From contig OZ245015.1 of assembly GCA_965223705.1 (NCBI GenBank), positions 864,001 to 928,000 on the forward strand: a DNA stretch of 64,000 nt, written 5' to 3'. The stretch comes from Myxococcota bacterium (GTDB lineage: Bacteria > Myxococcota_A > UBA9160 > UBA6930). This document shows, one piece after another, positions 18,912-28,157 of this stretch. The translations under genes were made by a program, and so were the position numbers. Every line of letters begins with the position of its first letter. Position 1 is the stretch's first letter. The notes beneath the pieces were generated by a model. It did not search any database. It had not been told where the DNA came from and was given only the letters and a program-made list of their open reading frames with translations.

Positions 18912-21098
18912 CTAGTGGACGCTCACAGCAGCGCTCGAGAGCACGGCTGAGCAGGCGGCCTTGACCACGGTTTCGGTACGTTCGGCGTCACACACTTCGG
19001 TCTGGCAGATGGCTGTGAGATCATCGATCAACGTGTTGATGATCGGTGAGACCTCGGCCATCGTCGGCTGGTTCGCGACGTTCGTCCCGATCATTCCATT
19101 TACCAGGGACGTCACGATGATGTTCCGCCCGTTGGCGTCAAACGCCGTCGCCGGAGCTTGATCGAACTGGAAGTTCGGAAAGAGAGCGTCCCGAATCGCT
19201 GGGGTTTCCACAGCGAGCTCGCAGTATTCGAGCGAGAGTTTCGCAATGGACACCTGGTGCGCCGCCGCGAATGATCGCAGATCAAACGAGACCGGTAGCG
19301 CCTGAGTCAGTTCCTCGAACGTGTTCGCGATGGCGGGGGTTGTCGCGTCGACACCGGTGAGTGCCGACATCGTGTCGTTGACGCGAGCGAAGTCGCGCAC
19401 ACCTTCGTTCGGGAAGACCTGGATCTCACCGACGAGCACCGGGGTCGGTCCGGTCGGGCTGTTGTCCGGATCGGGATCGGTGTAGTCGCCCAACGTCTCG
19501 AAATCGAGAGTAAAGACGTCCGTATCCAGGTCGACCATCTGGATGATCGAGCAAGTCGATGAAATCGTCTGACCTGACGACGTCACGGTGGCGTCGAGCG
19601 TTTGGAATGCCTGTCCGGAGACCGGGATAGTCCCATTGACGGCAATTTGCAGGTTCTGCACGCGGAGCCCCGGCGTGCTGGTCACGACCTTCGGGTCACA
19701 GAACAAATAACTGAACTCATCCAGCTGCTCGACGCGGAACTCGAGGTAGCTTCCCGCGCTGGCGTAGGAGCTGATGTCAAACCGCAAGACGAGCTTCTTG
19801 CCGACCCCTGCTGTGTAGTTCTGCGCAATCTGCGCGTCGGTCAGCGCGTATTTGTATACCGCGAGAAGTTGAATGCGCCCCATCCACTGGCGGTCGACAT
19901 TCGTCTCATCTCCGATGACAAACTGATAGTTCGGGTCCCAATTCCAAAGACGTCCGACTTCCTCGGCGAGGTCCGAGTCACCGGTGAATACGCCGTCGAC
20001 GTAGATTCGTCGCCCACGGTATTGGTCGTAAGTGAGAACGATGTGCTGAAGCGTCGCTTGGAGGTCTTCTTCAGCATCGGGCGTCTCGAGCGCGGGGCTC
20101 CCGTTGTCGTCGATCGCATTCGACAGGTTTCGGTTCCGATACACGATGTTGTAGTTGTTTTGGCCGAGCATGAAGTTTCGCAGCTGCGGCCCGTTCGAAT
20201 ACGTCACGATACGCGCGGGTCCCGTCTGATCCACATTGTCGGGGATTACCCAAGCTTCAACGGTGAACTGCTGGGTGCCGTTGGTCGGATCCGCGATGTG
20301 GTCGTAGAGTTTGCGGCTCGTGGTAGGCGTCGCCGCGGCCCGTCCGTCCATGATGTTGAGGCCCCAGTTGGTCATCCACGTCACGCCGTCGACGGGAGCG
20401 TCAATCATCAGATCCATCGCCGGGGCGACGTTCGAGACGTCTCGAACGACGGTCGACCCCTCGCCTTCCTTGAACGTGTAGTAGGCGATGGCGTTCTCCA
20501 TATAACGGAGGTTTCCCGAATCCTCGGTTCCGTCGTCGAGCGTCAGAGAGTTGCTCGTAATGCCATTGACTTGCGTTCCACCGGAGCCGAACTGGATCAG
20601 ACTCGCCCAGGCCTCGATCGCGGCCTGCATCGTGGCGCCGTCAGTGATGCAGTCGCTCCAGCAGTAGTGGAGATCCGCAACCAGACGCCGTACGAGGCGC
20701 GACGCTCCGGGGTCCGAAAAGTTGACTTTCTGATTGTCGACGACCGCGTTGAAGCCCGTCGTCATGTCGGGGTGCGCGATGTGCGGCGTGCCGGGTCCCG
20801 CGCCCGCGTGACAGGTCGTGCAGTTGGTCGTGAGAAGCGGCTGAACCGTCGAGCCGAACGCTTGGATCTGCTCGGCGAGGGAGACGCCGGCGCTTCCAGA
20901 CCCCGGCGTCGAGTTCAACGAACCCGACACAGAGGAACCCGCGACGCCTCCGTCGCCACCGCCGCCCGAGCTACCGCAGGCGGCGGCCAGCCCACCGACG
21001 GCGGCTAGGCCAACGAGTAGCGGGATACGAGAAGCGAGTCTACGCAATCGATCTGCGAGAGAAATGGTCATGGTTCTTCTCCGAGCGGGGGGACGCAT
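18912..21098 (-). CDS. Lipoprotein with monoheme cytochrome c domain, LamG/ConA-like domain and Cys-containing C-terminal domain
   Basis: LAAAC lipobox, CTTCH, FTVEAWV...HIVLTYD...IYVDG...WMGRI..LAVYKYALT LamG pattern. Confidence 0.82.
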   Translation of the reverse strand: MRPPARRRTMTISLADRLRRLASRIPLLVGLAAVGGLAAACGSSGGGGDGGVAGSSVSGSLNSTPGSGSAGVSLAEQIQAFGSTVQPLLTTNCTTCHAGAGPGTPHIAHPDMTTGFNAVVDNQKVNFSDPGASRLVRRLVADLHYCWSDCITDGATMQAAIEAWASLIQFGSGGTQVNGITSNSLTLDDGTEDSGNLRYMENAIAYYTFKEGEGSTVVRDVSNVAPAMDLMIDAPVDGVTWMTNWGLNIMDGRAAATPTTSRKLYDHIADPTNGTQQFTVEAWVIPDNVDQTGPARIVTYSNGPQLRNFMLGQNNYNIVYRNRNLSNAIDDNGSPALETPDAEEDLQATLQHIVLTYDQYRGRRIYVDGVFTGDSDLAEEVGRLWNWDPNYQFVIGDETNVDRQWMGRIQLLAVYKYALTDAQIAQNYTAGVGKKLVLRFDISSYASAGSYLEFRVEQLDEFSYLFCDPKVVTSTPGLRVQNLQIAVNGTIPVSGQAFQTLDATVTSSGQTISSTCSIIQMVDLDTDVFTLDFETLGDYTDPDPDNSPTGPTPVLVGEIQVFPNEGVRDFARVNDTMSALTGVDATTPAIANTFEELTQALPVSFDLRSFAAAHQVSIAKLSLEYCELAVETPAIRDALFPNFQFDQAPATAFDANGRNIIVTSLVNGMIGTNVANQPTMAEVSPIINTLIDDLTAICQTEVCDAERTETVVKAACSAVLSSAAVSVH

Positions 21099-21123
21099 GA
21101 ACGAAGTGGCGAGTGGAGCCTGA

Positions 21124-22287
21124 CTAGTTGCCCATGCAGTAGGTTGCGGTCTCGGCGAAGACCCGTTTCATGCTGTAGGCGTTCTGTTCGAACACGTCCG
21201 CGATTCGGTTGACCTCAGTGATCTCGTCGGAGGTCTGAGGCTCCCGGAAGCACACCTGCTCGAACACCTTCTGAACCTGACACAGGGAAAATGCGCGACT
21301 CGAAGCGATCTCCACGCCCAGGCTCTTTGCGCCGAAGCCCGAAGGCTCGGGCCCACGCCAACCGAGGATCGCGTTGGGTCCCTCACGCCAGCGGTTTTCC
21401 CATCGGTTGTCCTGCGTCACGTAACCCGGAGGGAACGCGTTCGCGTTGATGAGGTGCTTCGGTTGAACCATGCCGCGCGTGTGGATGACGCGTTGCAGAT
21501 CCGCGTCCCACTCAAAATACGCGAAGGCGCCCGCCAAGGGGTCCATCCCGCTGTGGCAACCGCTGCACTGGTTGTGAAACAGCTGGCTGTCCCCGCCGGG
21601 GCTCCGACTGACGTCTTGGCGGATCCAATCCACGGATCGCGTGATGTCCTTGAGCTCTTCGAGGTCGCGGCACAAGTAATTGACTGCAATGAAGCGCAAC
21701 ATGCGCCGGTTCGTGCCGGCACTGAAGAACGCTTCCCCCGCGCCGCGCGTCGTGATGACACCGGCCGTCTCCGAACTCATCAGCTGGCTTCCGGGAAGAC
21801 TCGATTGCGCCACCGGGACGAGCATCGCCGGGTCGCCGAGGTCGACGCGCTGATCCTCGAGCTGTCGGTAGTGCAGGTTGTCCGTATGGGAGTAGGGCGC
21901 GTTGACGACACCGGGTGCTCCGACGTAGACGACGTCTGCCGACAGCACGTCCGTGAAAGGCACATCGTCACGGATGAGGCCGATCACTGTCGCCGTGTAG
22001 TCCGTGAGCTCGCCGAAGACCGAGCGCTCTTCGTTTGTCCAAGGCGTCACAAAATTCTTCAGTGCGCCGCGGTAGAAGTCCGGGTCGCTCATCGCGATAT
22101 CCGCGGCTTGGAGAGGCTGGTTCGTGATAAGGCCTGCCATCGCCGTGAGCGTCGCCTCGCTCGGCGGAGTTCCCACCAAACGGTCGTGCATTTTCTTCGC
22201 TTGCTCGCGCGGCCCGGCGAACGAAGCTGTCGCGAGGCCAGCGAACGCCACCATCGCCACAATCCAAGGTTTGGATCGATGGATCAT
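21124..22287 (-). CDS. Secreted heme c protein (CSGCH..MDP, planctomycete-cytochrome-like)
   Basis: Signal peptide ending ASFA; QCSGCHSGMDPL; C-terminal YSMKRVF. Confidence 0.78.
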   Translation of the reverse strand: MIHRSKPWIVAMVAFAGLATASFAGPREQAKKMHDRLVGTPPSEATLTAMAGLITNQPLQAADIAMSDPDFYRGALKNFVTPWTNEERSVFGELTDYTATVIGLIRDDVPFTDVLSADVVYVGAPGVVNAPYSHTDNLHYRQLEDQRVDLGDPAMLVPVAQSSLPGSQLMSSETAGVITTRGAGEAFFSAGTNRRMLRFIAVNYLCRDLEELKDITRSVDWIRQDVSRSPGGDSQLFHNQCSGCHSGMDPLAGAFAYFEWDADLQRVIHTRGMVQPKHLINANAFPPGYVTQDNRWENRWREGPNAILGWRGPEPSGFGAKSLGVEIASSRAFSLCQVQKVFEQVCFREPQTSDEITEVNRIADVFEQNAYSMKRVFAETATYCMGN

Positions 22288-22680
22288 CTTGAAGTTACCC
22301 ACGCCTAGGCCTCCCATGATCTGACCTCTTGTCAGAGGAGTCGCTTTCCCAACGCGGCGGACACAGGAGACAACATCGGACGCGCTGTTTTCGCCGCGCG
22401 TGGCAGCGCTCACCGCAGTTCCACAGCAAACGACCGCAGTTCGTAGGACGGGCGCACCGCAAGGAACGGCAATCCGTAGGACGGTGTTCCGCATGCGTCG
22501 ACACCACGTGCGGAGTTGACTCGAGAAATCCCGCATTGCGTCCGGGGCAAACCTTGTCGCAGGCACATATCCCACGGGGTCGAAGACGGAGAACTTCTTC
22601 CGAACAGCTAGGGAAGCCGGAACCGCCCCTCTTCGCATACGCGTGTGCGGAGCGGTGTTCCTATATAGGGAAGGCTTCTC

Positions 22681-24909
22681 ATGCCGAAGCGATGGTTGGC
22701 ATTCTTCCTTCTGATAGGCGCTTTCAGCGTATTGCTAGCGAGCCCCTCACAGAGTGGTGAAACCGCGAGCCTCCACGAGGGAGCGGTTCACGAAGGACAG
22801 CCGACCGTCCGCGCGCAGCTCGTTGTGCATCCCGACGACGATTCCGGCCATCGGATCGGTGTCCTGTTCGACATCGCTCCGGGCTGGCACATTTACTGGA
22901 AGAATCCAGGTGAGTCGGGCCTCGCAACCGAAGTGGATTTCACCGTCGCAGGGGCGACGGTCGCGCCGCTCCTCTGGCCGACCCCGGAGCGGTTCGCAGA
23001 CGCCGGCACGAACTTCGATACGTATGGCTACACGGGGAGCGTGCTGCTCCACAGCGTGGCACTTCCCGAAGATGCGGGCTTCGTCCCGACGACCGTGGCG
23101 GCGGAAGTCGCTCTCGTTTCGTGTAAGGACGCCTGTATTCCCGATCAGTTCACCTTGAGTGGTGACGTCACGACTCTACGGGCAGCGGACCCGGACGCCG
23201 TTCGCGGCGTCTTTGCACGCGCGAGCTCTTCGCTGCCTCTCGCCCCGAAAGTCGCCGGCGTGCGCGTCGAGCCTTGGATGTCCCGCGACGGGGTTCGCCC
23301 GAGCGAACGCGTCGATCTCGGTTGGGCGATCTATCCGATGGACCCGTCGGAGGCTCTCGACGCCCAACTCGACGCGGTCGGATTCTTTCCGGAGAAAGTG
23401 TCGGGGCTAAAGCTCGAAGAGATCCGAGTCGCGCCTCATCCGGCCTCGTCGGGAGCCCTGTGGGTTTCGGCGAAGATGCTGGCCTCCACGAAGCCGCTCA
23501 CCGAGATGCAGCTCCTTCGCGGCGTTCTAAAGCTCGATGAGAAACGCTCTATCGCGGTCGAGTTGCCCGTCTCACGAGTCGGCCCGGAGGTCGCGACGAG
23601 CGCATTGGCGTCGCCCTGGACGACGAGCGCGAATCCCGAAAGCGGCGGTGCGTCGTGGGTGTGGATGCTGCTTTTCGCTTTCGTCGGTGGATTGGTCTTG
23701 AACCTCATGCCCTGCGTCTTGCCCATCCTCGCGCTGAAATCGTTCGCGGTCATGGAGATCGCCCAGGCGCGCCGCGGCGAAGCGTTGCGCCAGGGAGCCG
23801 CCTACACCGCGGGGATCCTCGGCTCCATGTTGCTACTCGCGTTCGCCGTCGTCGCGCTGCGACAAGCGGGGACCGCCGTCGGCTGGGGCTTCCAACTGCA
23901 GGAACCCGTGTTTCTCCTCACCGTGAGCGCGTTGTTGTTGCTCTTCGCCTTGAATCTCTTCGGCGTGTTCGAAGTCGGTTCCCCTTCGGCGCTGGCGAGT
24001 GTCGGTGCCGAAAAGAGCGGGGCGACACGGAGCTTTTTCGAGGGGTTCCTGGCCGTCGCTCTCGCGACGCCCTGTTCGGCCCCGTTCCTCGGGACCGCCG
24101 TCGGCTTCGCGTTCACCACCGGAAACGCGGCGACGATATCTGTGTTCCTGTGCGTCGGTTTGGGACTGGCCGCGCCGTTCATGGCGATTTCCGCGCTGCC
24201 GAACCTGTCCCGCCTGCTCCCGAAGCCCGGCCCATGGATGGTCCACCTTCGGACGTTCCTCGGATTCTGCCTGCTCGGTTCGGTGGTGTGGTTGTTGTGG
24301 GTTCTCGGCCAGGTGACAGCGGTCGATGCAGCACCGCAAGCGCTCGTCTGGTTGCTGCTGTTGTCCGTCTGCGCCTGGTTCTACGGACTCGGTCAAAAGG
24401 CCGATACCGGTCGGATGCGACCCGCCTTGATTGCGTTGGCGATCGGAGCCTTTGTCGCCGGCCCCGGCTTGATTCGCGCAGAACGGAGTGATCCCAGCGA
24501 GGCCAGGGTGCACGCATCCTCCGACGAAGCGCGCGATGTCGCCTACACACCCGAACGGCTAGCGGAGGGGCTCGCATCGGGTCGTCCGGTGTTCGTCTAC
24601 TTTACGGCGGACTGGTGCGTGACGTGCAAGGTGAACGAGCGGCGCGTTCTTTCGACAGATCGGGTGCGCGCCGCCTTCGCAGAAGGTGACTACCGCGTTC
24701 TGCGGGCCGACATGACGCGGCGTGATCCCGAACTGGTCGCGACGCTCGCTCGCTACGGTCGGGCTGGCGTGCCGCTCTATCTCCTGTTCCGGCCCGAAAG
24801 CCGCGATGAGCCGACGATTCTTCCCGAGCTCCTCCGCCAAGACGATGTCTTGGCGGAGTTGCGCGCAACTCGCGTCACAACTGCTTCCGACGTGCCGACC
24901 CGACTCTAG
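22681..24909 (+). CDS. dsbD: DsbD-family thiol:disulfide interchange protein (N-domain, TM domain, thioredoxin)
   Basis: GWHIYWKNPGESG, SCKDAC, LNLMPCVLP, ATPCSAPF, PKPGPWM, FTADWCVTC. Confidence 0.9.
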   Translation: MPKRWLAFFLLIGAFSVLLASPSQSGETASLHEGAVHEGQPTVRAQLVVHPDDDSGHRIGVLFDIAPGWHIYWKNPGESGLATEVDFTVAGATVAPLLWPTPERFADAGTNFDTYGYTGSVLLHSVALPEDAGFVPTTVAAEVALVSCKDACIPDQFTLSGDVTTLRAADPDAVRGVFARASSSLPLAPKVAGVRVEPWMSRDGVRPSERVDLGWAIYPMDPSEALDAQLDAVGFFPEKVSGLKLEEIRVAPHPASSGALWVSAKMLASTKPLTEMQLLRGVLKLDEKRSIAVELPVSRVGPEVATSALASPWTTSANPESGGASWVWMLLFAFVGGLVLNLMPCVLPILALKSFAVMEIAQARRGEALRQGAAYTAGILGSMLLLAFAVVALRQAGTAVGWGFQLQEPVFLLTVSALLLLFALNLFGVFEVGSPSALASVGAEKSGATRSFFEGFLAVALATPCSAPFLGTAVGFAFTTGNAATISVFLCVGLGLAAPFMAISALPNLSRLLPKPGPWMVHLRTFLGFCLLGSVVWLLWVLGQVTAVDAAPQALVWLLLLSVCAWFYGLGQKADTGRMRPALIALAIGAFVAGPGLIRAERSDPSEARVHASSDEARDVAYTPERLAEGLASGRPVFVYFTADWCVTCKVNERRVLSTDRVRAAFAEGDYRVLRADMTRRDPELVATLARYGRAGVPLYLLFRPESRDEPTILPELLRQDDVLAELRATRVTTASDVPTRL

Positions 24910-25013
24910 TTCGGGGGGATTGGCCCGCAACGAGTCGTCGATCCGTGAGCGCGATCACGCGCTCTCCGCGCGCCCGATCGATACATCAAACACCCTGTAG
25001 TTCGGAGCGTTTC

Positions 25014-25616
25014 ATGACACCCGGATCCCGCCGCGCCCTCGTGCGCTCGTTCGTGTTCTGTTCGACGATGGCTTTCTTCCTCTCCGTGAGTGGCGGTTCA
25101 TTCGCCATAGATCGAGGTCGGCCGGCGCCGAAGTTCACCGGCCCGTCACTCGACGGGAGCGGAAAGCTCTCGCTCAAGCAATATCAAGGACGGGTCGTCT
25201 ACGTCGATTTCTGGGCGTCCTGGTGTCCTCCCTGCTTGAAGTCCCTGCCCGTGCTCGATGAATTCCAGAAGGAGTTCGAGGATCAGGGTTTCCAGGTTCT
25301 CGCGATCAACGTCGACAAAGACGTCGAGGCGGCACGCGAGTTCTTCGCGGAACGCGGCGCGAGCTACCCGAGCTTGTCCGACCCCAAAGGTCGGCTGCCG
25401 CGACAGTTCGGCCTCGAGACCATGCCGACGTCGTATCTCATCGATCGAGAAGGACGCGTGCACTGGATTCACGAGGGCTTCAAGAAGAAAGACGTCGAGA
25501 CGATCCGCACCGAGATCAAGGCGCTTCTCAAGAGCTCGGCTCCGCCCGAGACGTCGACCTATCCCGCCAAGCGGTCGCCGAAATCGGCGCGTCAGTTGAA
25601 GCGGGAGCAGCACTAA
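25014..25616 (+). CDS. TlpA/ResA-family periplasmic thioredoxin
   Basis: VDFWASWCPPC, MPTSYLIDREG. Confidence 0.92.
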   Translation: MTPGSRRALVRSFVFCSTMAFFLSVSGGSFAIDRGRPAPKFTGPSLDGSGKLSLKQYQGRVVYVDFWASWCPPCLKSLPVLDEFQKEFEDQGFQVLAINVDKDVEAAREFFAERGASYPSLSDPKGRLPRQFGLETMPTSYLIDREGRVHWIHEGFKKKDVETIRTEIKALLKSSAPPETSTYPAKRSPKSARQLKREQH

Positions 25617-25849
25617 TGAAGCGCTTCGCCGTCATGTCTCTTCTCGCGTGTACGACGTTTGCGCTCGCCGCCTGTCAGGCTCCGAAAATCGGAGGCGTCA
25701 AACCCTGGGAGCGCGACATCCTCGCGAAACCCGATATGGCGTGGGATCCCGATCCCCAAGAAGCCGCTCTCCGGTCCCACATCTTCTTCAGCAAAGAGGC
25801 CGCGACCGGCGGCAGCGGTGCGGGTGGGGGCGGATGCGGCTGTAACTAG
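25616..25849 (+). CDS. Small lipoprotein, DUF4266-like
   Basis: Lipobox LAAC, VKPWER..LA, SKEA, C-terminal GGGCGCN; translationally coupled (TAATG). Confidence 0.85.
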   Translation: MKRFAVMSLLACTTFALAACQAPKIGGVKPWERDILAKPDMAWDPDPQEAALRSHIFFSKEAATGGSGAGGGGCGCN

Positions 25850-25900
25850 TCCGCCGGAAAGCGTCTCGACCCCAAAGCCCTCGCAAGACGGAGCCCCCTC

Positions 25901-27205
25901 ATGAGCCAGGCACGCAGCCTACGTCGATTGGCACTGCGCCGCGATAAGAAACGAAACCGCAAGGGACACTCAGTCCCCAAGCCTCGGAGTTCGGCGCCCG
26001 AAAAGCATCGCCGTTCGTTGGCCGCGCTCACCGCTGGCGCACTCGCACTGCCGGGCCTCGCGGGACCGGCGGGCGCCGACGCACCGTCCGAACGGCCCAG
26101 CGCGAGCTACCGCTTCTCGACGTACCAGGAGGACAAGATCGATTCTTCGAACTTGGCCCCGGGAAGCGAGGACGAGCGCTACGAAATCGATACGCACCAA
26201 TTGCGGTTTTCTTCTCCGCTGAGTTCCAAGATCGATTTCTCACTCGATGTCGTGCACGAAACCATGAGCGGCGCTTCGCCGTGGTTCGTCCAGGAGGGGC
26301 CGAACGGTGAAGCCCTCCAGGTCATGAGCGGTGCGACGATCGACGAAGAGCGAACGGATTTCCTCGGAAAGCTGAACTACTTCCTCGACAACGGTCGCGT
26401 CTCGTTTCTCGGGGGTGTATCCGATGAAAAGGACTACCAATCGCTGAACGGCGGGCTCGAATGGGAACGTCATTTCAACGAAAAGAATACGACGCTGACC
26501 ACCGGTGTCGGTCTTTCGTTCGACGAGATCGAGCCCACGGATGCCGACCTCTTTGCGACGCGCGTTTCCAGCGAGGACAAAGAGAGCTACTCGGCGTTTA
26601 TCACGTTGTCGCAGATCTTGAACCGCCACTCCGCGATTCAGTCGACCCTGTCCTACCAGAACAGCAATGGCTTCTTATCCGACCCGTACAAGCTGATCTC
26701 TGTAGGCGGCGTGAACCTCGCGGATTCGAGGCCCGACGATCGCAACATGCTGGCGTGGTTGACACGCTATCGGCGCCACTTCGAGAAACTCGACGGTTCG
26801 TTCCACGCCGACTATCGGTTCTACATCGACGATTGGGATATCAATTCGCACACCGTCGAGTTGGCCTGGTACCAGAACCTATTTCGAACGATCAAACTCG
26901 TCCCGAACGCGCGCTACTACAGCCAGAGTGAAGCCGACTTCTACGCGCCATTCCTCTCGGTCTTGCCGAGTGACGGCTACGCTTCGAGCGATTATCGGTT
27001 GTCGCCGTACGGCGCGATTTCGTACGGAATCCGCGCCGAAACGACCTTCCGCGGGTTGTTCGGCGGTCGGCAGGATTGGACGGCCATCCTGTCGTTCGAT
27101 CGATACGACGCCGACGCCGACTACTCGATCCAGAGCGTTGGCACGGAAGCGCCGGGACTGGTGCAGTTCAACGTTCTCTCCTTCCGGATCAAGGCCGACT
27201 TCTAG
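25901..27205 (+). CDS. DUF3570-like outer-membrane beta-barrel with two candidate flavinylation motifs
   Basis: MSGAS and MSGAT, GFLSDPY, YRFYIDDW.I.SHT, RYYSQSEADFY, SSDYRLS, C-terminal Phe. Confidence 0.8.
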   Translation: MSQARSLRRLALRRDKKRNRKGHSVPKPRSSAPEKHRRSLAALTAGALALPGLAGPAGADAPSERPSASYRFSTYQEDKIDSSNLAPGSEDERYEIDTHQLRFSSPLSSKIDFSLDVVHETMSGASPWFVQEGPNGEALQVMSGATIDEERTDFLGKLNYFLDNGRVSFLGGVSDEKDYQSLNGGLEWERHFNEKNTTLTTGVGLSFDEIEPTDADLFATRVSSEDKESYSAFITLSQILNRHSAIQSTLSYQNSNGFLSDPYKLISVGGVNLADSRPDDRNMLAWLTRYRRHFEKLDGSFHADYRFYIDDWDINSHTVELAWYQNLFRTIKLVPNARYYSQSEADFYAPFLSVLPSDGYASSDYRLSPYGAISYGIRAETTFRGLFGGRQDWTAILSFDRYDADADYSIQSVGTEAPGLVQFNVLSFRIKADF

Positions 27206-27206
27206 G

Positions 27207-28157
27207 ATGGAGCCGAGGCGGTATCCCTTTAAGGCGATGGGGAGCCCCTGCGAGCTTCACCTCTACGGGAAGACGGCCGCCGATTGCGATGCCGCAGAAG
27301 CGCTCGCCCGGACCGAAATCGATCGGCTCGAGGCGAAATTCTCCCGGTACCGGGGCGACAGTTTGACGGCGAAGATCAACGCGAGTGCCGGCGATCCCTC
27401 GGGAGTCGAAGTCGACGAAGAAACCGCAACGCTCCTCGACTACGCCGACACGGCTTTTCGCGAGAGCGATGGCGCGTTTGATGTCACCTCGGGAATCCTC
27501 CGCCGGGTATGGGACTTCAAGTCCGGCCGCGTACCCAGTCGCCGAGACGTGAAGGCGCTCCTACCCATGGTCGGCTGGCAGCGCGTTCGCTGGGAACGCC
27601 CCAGACTCGTACTCCCGAAGTCCGGCATGCAGGTCGATTTCGGCGGATACGTCAAGGAATACACGGCGGACCGCGTCGCTGCACTGCTGCGAGAGGCCGG
27701 TGTGGAAAGCGGCCTCGTGGACCTGGGCGGCGATCTGGCCGTCGTCGGACCGCACCCGGACGGGTCGGCTTGGCGTGTAGGCATTCGGGATCCGCGTGCG
27801 AGAGGTCGCGCCATCGCACAAGTCGCACTCGCCGGAGGCGGGTTGGCGAGCAGCGGCGACTACGAGCGCTTCATCGAAATCGACGGAACGCGATACGCCC
27901 ACATACTGGATCCGCGGACCGGCTGGCCGGTGACTTCGCTTGCTGCGGTGTCGGTGGTCGCAGATCATTGCCTCGTCGCAGGCACCGCGAGCACGGTGGC
28001 GATGCTGCTGGGAGAGCGGGGCGGATCGCAGTGGCTTGAGGAGCTCGGTCTCCCTCATGTCCGTGTCGATCAACACGGCGAAGTGCGGGGCTCTCTGGCT
28101 CCATCGGCGCGAGCTCTTACGGCGCTGCGTTCGCCGGCACTTCCGGTTTGGCGATAA
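27207..28157 (+). CDS. apbE: FAD:protein FMN transferase ApbE
   Basis: FKAMG, AFDVT, DFGGYVKEY, DLGGD, ASSGDYER, HILDPRTG. Confidence 0.93.
   Translation: MEPRRYPFKAMGSPCELHLYGKTAADCDAAEALARTEIDRLEAKFSRYRGDSLTAKINASAGDPSGVEVDEETATLLDYADTAFRESDGAFDVTSGILRRVWDFKSGRVPSRRDVKALLPMVGWQRVRWERPRLVLPKSGMQVDFGGYVKEYTADRVAALLREAGVESGLVDLGGDLAVVGPHPDGSAWRVGIRDPRARGRAIAQVALAGGGLASSGDYERFIEIDGTRYAHILDPRTGWPVTSLAAVSVVADHCLVAGTASTVAMLLGERGGSQWLEELGLPHVRVDQHGEVRGSLAPSARALTALRSPALPVWR

Noticed and set aside
24013..24027. SGAT in DsbD (and TGAT in the Tat protein) as flavinylation sites
   Set aside because: Four-residue matches are common by chance, and the DsbD one lies in a short inter-helix loop with no supporting context.
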